A DNA stretch of 64,000 bases from Octopus bimaculoides (GCF_001194135.2 NC_068997.1:9074262-9138261), one strand, 5' to 3'. Positions 1 through 12,665 are shown, numbered from the stretch's first letter. Notes: generated by a model from the letters alone, not told the origin. Program-made: numbers and translations.

Positions 1-150
1 ATTACTTGTAAATACGGTCCAAAAGATATTTAAACTTCTCCACTAGCTTCAGGGATGTTCCACTAACATGCAGAATGCAATATGAAGAATTTTTTCAGAG
101 GATCAATGTCTCAGTCTTTGCAACACTAATTCTTATCCCTGCCTTGCAGT
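1..150 (-). mobile_element. RTE-clade LINE reverse transcriptase remnant
   Basis: Minus translation GIRISVAKTETLIL*KNSSYCILHVSGTSLKLVEKFKYL, typical of the RTE RT C-terminal subdomain. Confidence 0.75.
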
Positions 151-1094
151 GAACTCATTCAGTGTGTTCACTGGAGATGATGTTGATGGGGAAGATGGTT
201 TCAACACTGATGACCAATGTGACTGAAGAAGAAGAAGAAAGAAGGAAGGGAGGAGGAGAAGGAAAGGAAGAGTAGGAAGGTAAGAGAAGAAAAATAATAA
301 AGAAGGTGGTGGTGGTAGTGGTGATGACGATGATGGTGATACTGCTATTAAAGATGATGATGATGATGATGATGGTGATGATGTCGATGATAATGCTACT
401 AATCAAGTTAATACAACAGTAATAAAAGAAGCTGTTTTGTGGTTAATTTCAACTGGCTCGAAACAGAAGCCAAATCTTTTGAATCACACACTAGTGTTGT
501 AAAAGAAAGAAAGAAAAAAGAGAAGGGCATTAGATAATGAAACGACAGATTTCCTTGTGGAATAATCATGACCTGGAATGTCTGTGTGTGTGTTTGTGTT
601 TTTACCATAAGTTTACTCAATCAGGGTTGGTCTGGAATTAAACAAGAACAATAAAGCTGCTTCTGTTGTCAGTGATTGCTGTTACTCCAAGCCAACACTT
701 ATCGAACAGGTTTACAATGTTTGAGGTAGACTTCTACCTCAAACAACTCTATTTTTTTTCTGCTATTTTTAGAAGCCCTCCCGTTACCTTTGTTGTTGTT
801 GTGGACCTACAGGTGTACTGAAGCATTATTAGTTATGAATAAATATGATGAATCCATTGAGATGAATTGTTTGTGAAGCATAAATGGTTCAACGCATTTT
901 TACAGTGTACCAAATATGAGGTAAATCTACAACAGCATGCTTGATTTCAGCTATGTTGATAAGGTTGTGGTGAGGCTAAGCAAGGCACTTTGCAACCACA
1001 TGGTCTCAGGTTCAGTCCCAATGTGTGGCGCTTTGGGTAAAGATCTTTCTACCATAACCTTGTGCTGAATAATACAATGTAAGTGGATTTTTGT

Positions 1095-1460
1095 GAATAT
1101 ATCGTCATCATCATCAGGTATTGTATGCCTGCAGTACCTTGACGACACCACAACAAAAGTCTTCCCAATTAAGCGCGAGTTCTCCAGCTGCCTTGCCACT
1201 CTTGTCCAACCAGATTTTGATATTGTCCATCCATTGCATTCTTTGTCAGTCTTTTGATCTACTGCTCTTTCCTCTTCCTTCCAAACTTCTGCCGCTTCAA
1301 ATATGGCCATAATAGATGAGCTTTGTTTTCTTCACAATGCTCAGGAGTTGTCATCTTTTACCTACTTGTTCTCATTCCCATTCATTCGTCTGACGGTTCT
1401 TGCAGCATTCTATAAAACCCACATTTCAAATGCATTGATTATATTCTCTTCAGCTTTATG
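1095..1460 (-). mobile_element. RTE-clade LINE 3' end remnant with (GAT)n tail
   Basis: Frameshifted INAFEMW..YRML / KKTKLIYYGHI / RMQWMDNIKIW motifs, ending in tgatgatgatgacgat. Confidence 0.75.
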
Positions 1461-2002
1461 AATACACATATCGTATAAATAAATTTAAATGAATGAAAAA
1501 AATAAGAGAGTCCTTAATACAGATTTAGAGTAAAATATATTACTCTCAAATTTTGGCACAAGGCCAGCAATTTTAGAGAGGTGAGTAAGTCTCTTACACT
1601 GACCTAGTACTTATTTCAATGATCCTGAAACAGCCTTTAAAAAAACAAAAGCACACAGTGTATAACGTAGTCTAGTATGTCCCCACCAAAAGATGGTACA
1701 GTCATGGCAGGATTGTCTTATATCATTGGTCTGCATGATAACAGCTGGTTTCCAGCTCTACACACACATACACACTTCACCCATGTGTATTAGCAAAGTA
1801 TATAAACATCAGTAAGAAAGGAAAAAGGCCAGTGACACTCTCTTGTCAGTGTTGCTACCAGAAACGCAGTAAGCATTATACCCGTTGGAAATTTATAACC
1901 AATTTCATTATTCACAAAATGTGAAATAAAAATAAAAGCAATGCAAAAAACCCCCAAAAAGACAGCAATAAGAAGAAAGACAATGCCAATACAAAGACTT
2001 AC

Positions 2003-2092
2003 ATTGATGAGGATGGCATGGTAACAGATTATATCTTTTGGCAAAAGACGATTCAGTACATAATTCTGAGCATTTTCCACGATGTTTTTAAC
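2003..2092 (-). CDS. KDELC1: KDELC1-like exon 7 (last exon visible; terminal exon with ER-retention signal not found in window)
   Basis: Acceptor ATTCAG|; VKNIVENAQNYVLNRLLPKDIICYHAILIN aligns to human [30 protein letters not shown]; donor AAT|GTAAGT; 90 nt. Confidence 0.85.
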
Positions 2093-2360
2093 CTGAATTA
2101 CACAAAAAGAAAAACAAATGAACAATATAATAGTTGGTATGCTATAAATTCAAAGAGTATTATCATTATTATTATTATTATTATTATTATACTAACCTAG
2201 ATTGTATAAAAAAGAAATGAACAATATAATTGGTATGCTATAAATTCAAAGGGTATTATTATTATTATTATTATTATATTAACCTAAATAACACAAAAAA
2301 GAAATAAACAAGTGAATAATACGAAAGTTGGTATGTTATAAATTCAAAGAGTATTATTAC

Positions 2361-3283
2361 TGGCAGAATAATTAGCACACCGGGTGAAATGCTTAGTGGT
2401 ATTTTGCCTGTTGCTACGTTCTGAGTTCAAATTCCGCCAACGTCAACTTTGCCTTTCATTCTTTCAGGGCCAATAAACTAAGTACAAGTTGAGTACTGGG
2501 GTCGATGTGATCGACTGTCCCCTTCCCCACAAAATCCAGGCCATGTGCCTATAGTAGAAAGGATTATTATTATTACTATTGCTAAGGTGGTGAGCTGGTA
2601 GAAGTCTTAGCATGTTGGGAGAGATACTTAGTGGCATTTAGTCTGATTGTACATTCCAAGTCCAAATTCTGCTGAAGCCAACTCTGTCTTACATCTTTTC
2701 AGGGTTGATAATATAAACACCTGTTGAGCACTGGGATCGACTTACTCTACTCCTGCCAAAAATGCTGGCCTTGTGCCAAAATTTGTAATCTTCATCATCA
2801 TCATCATCATTAAGGTGAGTAGCTGGCAGAATCGTTAGCATACCAGGCAAAATGCTTTGCGGTATTTCATCCATCTTCACATTCTGAGTTCAAATTCTGC
2901 CGAGGTTGACTTTGCTTTTCATCCTTTCAGGGTTGATTAATAAGTACCAATAACACACTGGTGTCGATGTAATCGACTTAACCCCCTTCCCCCAAATTTG
3001 AGGCCTTGTGCCTAGAGTAGAAAAGAATATTATTATTATTATTATTATCATTATTATTATTATTTTTATTATTAAGGTAGTGATTTCTCAGAATAGCATG
3101 CCAAACAACAAGCTTAACAGCTTTTATTCTGGCTTTATATTTTAAGTTCAAATTCCACTGAGGTTGATTTTGCCTTTCAATCTTCCAGGGTTGAGAAAAT
3201 AAGTACCAGTGGCACACTGGGGTTGATGTAATTGATTAGCCCTTTCCTCAAAAATTTCTGGTTTGTATTTATAGCAGAAAGGA
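2361..3283 (+). mobile_element. Four head-to-tail copies of tRNA-derived SINE family B (gagctggcagaa...gcctttcatcctttcgggg...agtagaaagga(att)n)
   Basis: Recurrent ~215-bp unit with B-box gagttcaaattc and (ATT)n tails at about 2361, 2583, 2812 and 3074. Confidence 0.85.
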
Positions 3284-3304
3284 CACCAAATACACATATG
3301 AAAT

Positions 3305-3690
3305 ATCATCAGGGTAGTTAGCTGTAATTTAGGGGACGGGGATAGTCAATTATGTCGACTCCTGTACTCAACTGGTATTTAATTTATTGACCCCAAAAGA
3401 ATGAAAGGCAAAGTCGATCTTGGTGGAATTTGAACCCAGAGAATAAAGGCAGACGAAATACCGTTAAACATTTCACCCAGCATGCTAATGATTCTGCCGG
3501 CTTGCTGGCTTAATAATAATAATAATAATAATTTCAAATTTTGCCTCAAGGGCAGCAATTTTTGGGGAGGGGATGAGTTGATTACATCGACCCCCAGTGC
3601 TCAACTGTGCTTAATTTATCAACCCTGAAAGGATGAAAGGCAAAGTTGACCTTGGTGGAATTTGAACTCAAAACGTAGCGACAGACAAAA
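3305..3690 (-). mobile_element. Two SINE family B copies, inverted relative to 2361-3283
   Basis: Reverse-complement family B motifs (gaaaggcaaagtcgacc...ggaatttgaac). Confidence 0.8.
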
Positions 3691-3693
3691 TAC

Positions 3694-3943
3694 TACCAGG
3701 TCATCCCATAAGTTCTGTCTGATTTTACCTTTTTTTAGAATTGAATGAAATTTATTAGTATTTTAGAATGTCTAATGGAATTAAAAATTATTTTTATGCA
3801 TTTGTGTACATTTAAACTAATTAAATATTATTTTACAGAATAATAAAATTAAAATTTCTTTGATTAAAACCCTTTCTAACATGGAAGTATCCAAAGAGCA
3901 TTTGAGGCACATAATATTTTATGAGTACAAAAAAGGAAACTCT
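3694..3943 (+). mobile_element. mariner transposon left-end remnant
   Basis: TA + TIR-like ccaggtcatcccataagtt, then ATG 3881 MEVSKEHLRHIIFYEYKKGNS (mellifera-type transposase start MENQKEHFRHILLFYFRKGKN); truncated. Confidence 0.75.
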
Positions 3944-4107
3944 GGAGATGCCGATGATGACGATAATGATAAAAATGATAATAATATGTATGTTTTTCAT
4001 AGAAAGATATTTTTTCCAATATGTCTAGATGCTATAGGAAAAAAAGTAATAACTTAACACAGCAGGCTGTGGAATCACTAGCAAATTTTACATTTTTATC
4101 ACTGTAT

Positions 4108-4520
4108 CTCTGTTACTTGTGTCAGTCATTTGACTGCGGCCATGCTGGAGCACTGCCTTTAGTCGAGTAAATCAACCCCAGGACTTATTCTTTGTAAGCC
4201 TAATACTTATTCCATCGTACTCTTTTGCCGAACCGCGAAGTTACGTGAACGTAAACACACCAGCATCAGTTGTCAAGCGATGTTGGGGGGACAAACACAG
4301 ACACATAAACATATACACACATATACATACATATACATATATATATATATATATACAACGGGCTTCTTTCAGTTTCCATCTACCAAATCCACTCACAAGG
4401 TTTTGGTCGGCCCGAGGCTATAGTAGAAGACACTTACCCAAGGTGCCATGCAGTGGGACTGAACTCAGAACCATGTGGTTGGTAAGCAAGCTACTTACCA
4501 CACAGCCACTCCTGCACCTA
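4108..4520 (-). mobile_element. SINE family C (tRNA head + CORE-like domain + central (TA)n + 3' half), near full length
   Basis: Head gctgtgtggtaagtagcttgctt...gagttcagtcccactgc, CORE-like ccttgggtaagtgtcttc; many other copies (e.g. 13725, 16260, 17545, 20950, 30545, 56420). Resembles octopus OR-type SINEs; name not verified. Confidence 0.8.
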
Positions 4521-5150
4521 TATATCAAGTAATGAATTTTATTTTTTGTTTTAGTTTAATTAGTCAGAGGATGTAGGGTGGAGGTAGTTAGCATTTCGTT
4601 TTTACATGCTGGTACCATGTATAAAGCACCTGTGGTAGTGCCACATAAGAACTCAGTTCACTCTGTAAAGTGGTTGGTGTTAGGAAGGGGCATCAACCAC
4701 AGAAACCATGCTAGAACAGAGAATTGGAACCTGGTGCAGCTTTCCAGCGGGCCAGCTCCCGTTAAACTATCCAACCATGCCAGTATGGAAAACAAACATC
4801 AAATGATGATGATGACTGGTGAGACAGTGAATACAGTTGATCCCCACTGGAAGAAACCCGTTGTATATATATGTGTGTGTGTGTCTTTGATTCTGTGTTT
4901 GCCTCCCACCAATGCTTGACAACCAATGTTGTTATATTTATGTTACCATAACTTAGTGGGTCAGCAAAAGAGACCAATTGAATAAGTATCAGGCTTAGCA
5001 AAAGAATTAAGTGCTGGGGGTTGATTCATTTGACAAAAATTAAATTCTTCAAAGCCGTGCCCCAGCATGGCCGCAGCGTGATGACTGAAATGAGTAAAAA
5101 GATAAAAAAAAAGAAACCTATTTCCACAACATTTAAATGTTCAAACTTAC

Positions 5151-5360
5151 TTCATTTTCATGTTCTTTTGCCCATCGTAGTTGATCTAAGAGGTTACTCA
5201 AATTTCTCTTCACTGGGATATAGTGCACATAGGGAGTAAGTTCGTTGTAAAAATGTTCATAATAATGGGAATCTTGTTTCAAAACAACACTTGAGCCAGC
5301 CAGAAGGTAAGGGAAACGGTAAGCAGCCACAGTGCCATCAATATTCAATTGGTATTTGTG
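5151..5360 (-). CDS. KDELC1: KDELC1-like exon 6 (GT90 domain)
   Basis: Acceptor CCTTAG|; [38 protein letters not shown]...WAKEHENE; donor GAA|GTAAGT; 210 nt, phase 0 to 0. Confidence 0.96.
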
Positions 5361-5724
5361 CTAAGGGATGGGCGAGAAAAAAAAAAAAAGAAAAATAAGT
5401 GTCTACATTTAATGCATAACTTTTCCAATTGTGTTACATAATTCAAAGAAAAATCTGATTCAACAATAACCAAAATTGTAACAATAATATGTGGAAATGA
5501 AAGGAAATGTGTCTTCACGTATGAATATAGTTTGTTGCATAAGCACAACTATTATTTATAGCTACCAATATCTGAAAGACATTGTGTGGTTCAGTTACAA
5601 TAATATATATATATACACATACATAAATAAATATATATATATCCATTATATATTGTTAGTATAATGCACACACCAATATTTTTTAGTTGAAATGTGATTT
5701 TTTTTCATAACTTTTAGTTTACTT

Positions 5725-5759
<35 letters not shown>

Positions 5760-6233
5760 CTGACATGAATGCAAAATATGGAAAAAATTCAATTTTTAAA
5801 CTCATGCAAAAAGCAATAAACTAAAGAATATATATATTTATATATTCTTTAGTCTTCATGATAAAAAAGGAAAAATAAACTTAACGGCCTAGCTTGAGTA
5901 GTCACTGATATACCAGAGCAGACAGTCAAGTATTTTCTAGAACACAGAGTGCCGTACCTGATGGCATAACAGATGCACAGGTACATAAGAGGTGTCCTGA
6001 TTTCAGCAATGCAGCACAAATAATTTTTAGTGGATTAAAGCATATAATATTCAAAGCAGCTTTGAATATTAGGACCCAGGATGAATTTTATGAGACATTT
6101 TTTTAGTGGGGGGGGGGGATCTGAATGGGGTCTCAGGGAGTAATGTAGGTGGACTAATGTGGAAGGCACACACCTGTGAAAAGTGTTTTGCACATACTAG
6201 CATTAATATAGGCACAATATTTACAACTGATAT

Positions 6234-6616
6234 GTTGTTGGCATTCCGTCGCTTACGACGTCGAGGGTTCCAGTTGATCCGATCAACGGAACAGCCTGCT
6301 CGTGAAATTAACGTACAAGTGGCTGAGCACTCTACAGACACGTGTACCCTTAACGTAGTTCTCGGGGATATTCAGCGTGACACAGTGTGACAAGGCTGGC
6401 TCTTTGAAATACAGGTACAACAGAAACAGGAAGAAAGAGTGAGAGAAAGTTGTGGTGGAAGAGCACAGCCGGGTTCGCCATCATCCCCTGCCGGAGCCTC
6501 GTGGAGCTTTAGGTGTTTTCGCTCAATAAACACTCACAACGCCCGGTCTGGGAATCGAAACCGCGATCCTATGACCGCGAGTCCGCTGCCCTAGCCACTG
6601 GGCCATTGCGCCTCCA
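6234..6616 (-). mobile_element. CpG-intact tRNA-derived SINE family D
   Basis: Head ggcgcaatggcccagtggctagggcag...ggtttcgattccc (A/B boxes), LINE-like tail gatcaactggaaccctcgacgtcgtaagcgacggaatgccaacaac; TSD ca(a/c)ctgatat at 6224-6233 and 6617-6626; degenerate relative at about 22270-22605. Confidence 0.85.
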
Positions 6617-6706
6617 CACCTGATATAACAATGTTACAAACAAGTTTTAGGGAAACAAAAAAAAAAAGAAATTTGATAAATGAGAATACAAAAAAGAAAA
6701 GCATAC

Positions 6707-6941
6707 CTTAAAAAAATCAAAAAATGAGACAGGTTCTACAATTCTGCCATATTTTTTCTCGTCTTTTGGAAAGAAAAACATATTTGTTAACATAGCATCA
6801 ACCAAGTCTGGATGTTTCTTACTCAACATGACCAGGTTCAATCTCTCCTCACGACTGTCTCGTCCTCTCCAGAATGCTAAGTCAGATTTATTGGCCCAGG
6901 GTGGACTGTTGCCTTGGACAGAAAGTATATCAAGTGTTACC
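6707..6941 (-). CDS. KDELC1: KDELC1-like exon 5 (GT90 domain)
   Basis: Acceptor CTGCAG|; (K)[34 protein letters not shown]...SFFDFFK; donor AAG|GTATGC; 235 nt, phase 2 to 0. Confidence 0.95.
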
Positions 6942-7194
6942 CTGCAGAATAAAAACAAGTTAATTAAATTATTAAATAAATTAATAATAATACAGACAAA
7001 TGGATAAAGGAGATTGGAATGGAGTATCCTGTAGAGCTTCTCTTCATAGACAGCTTGCCTCTTAGTAACAAGGAAGATGATCGGAAGAGTTTTGAGCACT
7101 TGATGACTTATTGATCTAAGGTTACAAACAGCAGCCTGCAACCAACAAATTCTACCAGGAATAACACCAATCCTGAGTTAAAGATAATAATAAT

Positions 7195-7412
7195 AGTAAT
7201 CCTTTCTACTACAGGTACAAGGCCTGAAATTATGGGAAGGGGACTAGTCGATTACATCGACCCCCAGGGTTCCACTTGTATTTAGTTTATTAACACTGAA
7301 AGGATGAAGGGCAAAGTTGACCTCGGCAGAATTTGAAGTCAGAACATAAAGATGGACAAAATGCTGCTAAGCATTTTGCCTGGCGTGCTAACGATTTTGT
7401 CAGCTCACTGCC

Positions 7413-7448
<36 letters not shown>

Positions 7449-7824
7449 TGAGATGAAGTGTTTTGCTCAAGAACACAACACATCACCCAGTTTAGGAATC
7501 GAAACCACGATCTTGTGGTCATGAGTGCAACACGCTAACCACTAGGCCAGGTTTCCTCATAATAATAATAATAATAATAATAATCCTTTCTATTATAGGA
7601 ACAAAGCCTGAAGTTCTGGGGGAGGGGTTTAGTCGATTACACCGACCCCCAGAATTTCACTGGTACTTAATTTATCGACCGCGAATAGATGAAAGGCAAA
7701 GTTGACCTTGGTGGAATTTGAACTCAGAACATAGCGACGGGTGAAATACTGCTAAGCATTTCGTCCACCATGCTAATAATTCTGCCAGCTCACCACCTTA
7801 ATAATAATAATAATAATAATAATA

Positions 7825-7863
<39 letters not shown>

Positions 7864-7878
7864 GTAGTAGTAGTAGTG

Positions 7879-7970
<92 letters not shown>

Positions 7971-8180
7971 CATCCTTTCTTTTATAGCCACAAGGCCTGA
8001 AATTTGAGTGGAGAGGAATAGTTTATTACATCGACCTCAAAACACAACTGGTACTTATTTCATTGACCCCAAAAGGATAAAAGGCAAAGTCAACCTCAGT
8101 AGAATTTGAACACAGAATGCAAAGATGGAGAAAATGCTGCCAAATATTTTGTTCAGCTTACTAAGAATTCTACCAATATC
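7195..8180 (-). mobile_element. Cluster of three SINE family B copies plus a family D head, separated by (TAA)n/(TAG)n tracts
   Basis: Family B motifs at about 7195-7415, 7580-7800 and 7970-8180; family D head at about 7450-7555. Confidence 0.8.
7797..7972. repeat. Compound microsatellite (TAA)n(TAG)n(TAA)n
   Basis: Directly visible. Confidence 0.97.
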
Positions 8181-8959
8181 ATAATATAAGGACCTAAGAC
8201 ATTGAAATATTTAAGATGTGGGGCATGAGAGTGCAATCATTAAGTATGATTGAAAAGTCTGAAAAGAAACATAGAAGCCATGTCAGAGCTCACAATACAT
8301 ACTGCCTTAAATAACTGTTTGGGGACAGCATACATATAGCACAAAGGATTGTCAATTCAACAGAGTAACTCAGAGCAGTCATCACTCATCACCCACACTC
8401 TATGCAATAAACGCCTAATAATCAAACACAATTTGACCAACATATATTCTACTAGATTAAGGACCAATAAAATAGCACAACTCCTGTTACTCACACACTA
8501 TACACAAATGAACACATATATTTATTCAGCACTCTGTTGGTTAATCATATCTAATGCTCCAATTATTATTGGTTTTGTTTACACCTTCATGCCCTATATA
8601 TCTTGAATATTTCAATGTAGAGGTCCTTGTATTATGATGGTTTTATTATTAGAATTGATAAAGGCGGTGAGCTGGTTGAATTGCTTAGTGGTATTTGGTG
8701 CGTCGCTACATTCTGAGTTCAAATTCTGTCGAGGTCAAGTTTGCCTTTCATCCTTTCGGGATCAATAAATTAAGTATCAGTTGCGTACTGGGGTCAATCT
8801 AATCGACTAGCCCACTTCACCCAAATTCCAGGCCTTGTGCCTAGAGTAGAAAAGATTATTATTATTATTATTATTGAAAGTGGCAAACTAGCAGAATCGT
8901 TAGCATGCTGGATGAAATGCTTAGCAGTAATGATGCCAGCATTACAATTTTGCTTCCTT

Positions 8960-9330
8960 TAGAAACAACTGGCACAATCCAAAACAAAATTCTGCCAAGG
9001 CAACACTAACGTCCTCTCAATGATTAGCCAGAGATGATTTTTAAAATGAGAATATCTAAAATAAACTCGACTGCTCTAACAAACGAGAATACTAAAAATG
9101 AACCCGACCGCTCTCAAAAATTAAGTAAAAAAACAGGAAAAACAATCCAGAATCCTTGTCCAATACTGGATTGATCCCAAAATTTAATCAGTTCATGCCA
9201 ATCATGAGGCCAAACATCCCTGAAAGTTTCATCTGAATCCATCAGTGGTTCTTGAGATAGCTTGTCTACAGACAAACAAACATGACTGAAAACAATATCC
9301 CTGCTTTCGCTAAGGCAGAGGTAATAATCA
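8960..9330 (-). mobile_element. Helentron-associated/DINE-1-like non-autonomous element
   Basis: Minus strand starts ttattacctctgccttagcgaaagcagg...gttttc...tttgtttgtctgt, then aagaaccactgatggattcagatgaaactt, ends gccttggcaga; this layout is typical of the class. Confidence 0.55.
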
Positions 9331-10353
9331 GAAACCGTAATAAACAAGGCAGTAGTTTTAGCAGAATTCATTGATAATACAAATCCATTAACTTCTGTTT
9401 CACCTATCAAAAGTAAACATATTACTTCATGGTCCTGACTTTAAAATATCCAGTTATGACCAATTGAACACCTTTTCAACTTTGAATTTTGTAAGTGTTC
9501 ATTATTAATATTCTGGGTGTGTTCAGATTTCATTCTGTTCTTTTAATGTAATTCGTGACTTCAGTGAAAGAGACAAGTAAAGGTGGAGTATTACCAAAAA
9601 TTACTCATGTAAAATTAAAAGATGTAATAGTTGATAAGCATTAAAAGAAAAAAAAAAAAAGTAACAACTGTTTAGAGCTAATAGATGGCACCAATAAATC
9701 CACTAATTTTCAGATTAGCACCTAAAATTTACCACAGATTGATAAAAAAGAGAGTATCTTATAAAAAAGAGAGTATCTTAAAGCCTCTCCAATTTGTAAA
9801 ACGTAGTCTTCAGAGATTGAAAAATATACTGAAGACTGGCGTTTGACTGATTTTATGGTATTATGTTTGCAAAATGGTGAGCTGGCAGAATCATTAGCAT
9901 GCAAGACAAAATACTTAATAATACTTATTCCAGTTTTACGTTCAAATTCCACTTACGATGACCTTGTCTTTCATTCTTTTGTGATCGATAAAATAAGTAT
10001 CAGTTAAACAATGGGAGCAATGTAAAGTTGTTTAATGTTGCTGGCTTTGTGCCAAAATTTGAAACCATTACATGTGCAAGATATAAACTCCCCTCTCTGA
10101 TAAGATAAATTCTGCTGCAGATGTAATTCCTTGATAAATTGGTAACTATACCTGACAGCTACATGAATTGGAAGATGTAAAGTAAAATCTTACTGCGCAA
10201 ATACACAATGAAATACCTGCAGTAAATTTCAACTTAAGACATATGAGCTGATTGTTAGTCAAATACTATATCCACTACATCATTTATCGTCCATGCTACT
10301 GCAATATTAACTATACCCATTACTTGAATATAAGCAAATGTTGTTTGTTTGTT

Positions 10354-10666
10354 TGGCCTTCGTAGGATTTTCGAGCGAGATCGTTGCCAGTGCCCCTGGA
10401 CTGGCTCTTGTGCGAGTGGCATTTAAAATACACCATTTTGAGCGTGGCCATTGCCAGTACCGCCTGACTGGCCTTCGTGCGGGTGACACGTAAAAGCACC
10501 CACTACACTCTTTGAGTGGTTGGCGTTAGGAAGGGCATCCAGCCGTAGAAACTCTGCCAAATCAGATTGGAGCCTGGTGTAGCCATCTAGTTTCACCAGT
10601 CCTCAGTCAAATCGTCCAACCCATGCTAGCATGGAAAGCAGACGTTAAACGATGACGATGATGATG
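10354..10666 (+). mobile_element. 5'-truncated young RTE LINE 3' UTR copy (family A) with unit array
   Basis: Near-identical by eye to 20345-20722, 40416-40740 and 42066-42494; tail gttaaacgatgatg. Confidence 0.85.
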
Positions 10667-11129
10667 AAGGAACAATGAAAATTTGAATCCACCAACTAAT
10701 GTTTCACCAGGCCTTATTATCTACAATTTTTATTACATACAGAGTGCAGCAGAAATACCTTTCACATTTGAAAGGTTGATAAAAGGAAAAAGAAACAACA
10801 TTTATGAAAAATTAATTTCTCTGTTGTTTAAACAAAGGGTTACAGATTTTGTTCATTAGCTAAATGAAAACATCACTGGCACTTAAATAAGTTAATTAGC
10901 AACACATAGGTGAAAGTTTAAAATGTGGAAGGTAATTTCTGCTGCATCCTGTATATACTTTTCTACTCTAGGAACAAGGCCTGAAATTTTTGGGGAGAGG
11001 GGGGGGGGCTGTTGATTAGATCGACCCCAGTACACAATTCGTACTTAATTTATCTACTCCAAAAGGATGAAAGTCAACCTTGGTGGAATTTGAACTCAGA
11101 ACGTAAAGAGAGACGAAATACAGATAAGC

Positions 11130-12245
11130 ATTTAGCTGTATAGAGGGCTGGGCATGTTGTGGTCACTAATGTGCAGACATGTGCTGAGGTTATAACGTTT
11201 CAAGTGCTTCCTTGATGGTAAGCAAGTGTGGTTGCTGTTTGTCAGACAGGATTTTCCACAGCTTCTCTCAGTCCTGGACCTAGTGTAGACCAAGGCAGGG
11301 CACCAGGCACCTACAGTGTCATCAGACACTTACAGTTCTCTTTCAACAGACAATGCAGTCAGTGAAAGTTCCATTCTAGTGTTCTATAGAGGGTTAGTGG
11401 TGGGCAAGTGTGACATTCTTGGGGAGACTGTAGGCATTGATGAGAATCAACTGGATGGTCTGTTCCAGAGGACTTTTGGGCTGGGGCCTATGGATAATTT
11501 CCAGGAATCCTTGGCTTAGCAGTGCTATGGTGGTGGTGGTGGTGGTGGGGGCATTGCCAGTTTGGGATAAACTCTACAGGCACAGAAGCTCAATTAGCTG
11601 TACCTATCTGAGATGCATGCAAAGTGATGAAACTGTTCTGCATGCTCTTGTCCAGTACGTGTGTATTTCTGACTTGTAGATTTATATTGAACATCTGCTG
11701 TCATGTTTGGGATAGACCTGGCCATTAGCTGAGTTCATTGTGAAGATAGTCCCATTGCCTTCCTTTGACTTGGAAGAGCAGGCTGTCTTTTGTTGCCGAG
11801 TGAAAGAAGTTGTGTGGTGGACCAGATTGAAACGGCTGAAGACAGATAATTTCCTCTTTGGCCAAGCCCTCATCAACTTTTTCAAGTTTTACCTGAAAAG
11901 GAAACTGTGGGTGGAAAGGGAAGTGCTGCCTGCCAACAAATTTGTTAAAAGGTGGGTGAATGTTGCAAGAATGATCTGAGTGAATGGGCCTACCCTAAGC
12001 ATGCACCTGTAAGTTGAAGAAGTACAATGTGAAGAGGGCACTTGCCCTAGTGTTTAGGATGACAGTGGCTTTTGTGGGGTCTCCATGAGCAGCCCTAGGA
12101 AGTTTCCCTCATTTGGGGAATTATTCATTGTTATAATTTTATATTTGTTACTGTTTTATTTTTTACATGCCTTTTATGTAACCCCACATTTTATTGTCCT
12201 GTACTGTTCCCAATGTTTCTGTGAACCCTTAGTGATTAATAAAGA
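11130..12245 (+). mobile_element. L1/Tx1-clade LINE ORF2 C-terminus + 3' UTR, decayed
   Basis: ALPVWDKLYRH...CTYLRCMQSDETVLHAL (decayed CxxC...ETxxH zinc knuckle), KEVVWWTR, LKRKL...KRW; several stops; aataaa near 12238. Confidence 0.7.
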
Positions 12246-12665
12246 AAACATTATTATTATCATCATCATCAACTATTATATTATTAGTAATTTTTATCAA
12301 CACTCCACCCTTTTTTTATTATCTGTTTCTTTTATCTCAAGTCATGTATTACATTAAAAGAGAAGAGGAAAACACTACCACACCCAGAAAATGAAAATTA
12401 TTGCACTTAATACACTGAAAAGATTAGAAAAATAACTATAGACACCATATGGAAATAACAATGTTAGAAATGCATATAGGGTAAAAAGAGAAAAAGCTAT
12501 AGGAAAATGTGGATAATGGCATGAACAAAAAAAAGGCACTTGGCAAATAATAGGTGTTCTTAGTTACAGGTACACAACAAGTCAAATGTTAGTTCACTGA
12601 ATTTCTGATAGTGAGATTGACAAGGTAGTAACTGTAAATTGTAGTAGATCAAGTATTAAAAAGAT

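Noticed and set aside
1-2002. Terminal KDELC1-like exon with KDEL-type signal
   Set aside because: No matching translation found; the minus-strand ORFs here are RTE remnants or microsatellites, so the exon probably lies left of the window.
6540-6616. Possible tRNA gene
   Set aside because: A and B boxes are present, but there is no clean cloverleaf and it continues into a SINE body with TSD.
9742-9779. Perfect 19-bp tandem duplication ataaaaaagagagtatctt
   Set aside because: Ordinary small slippage duplication with no associated structure.
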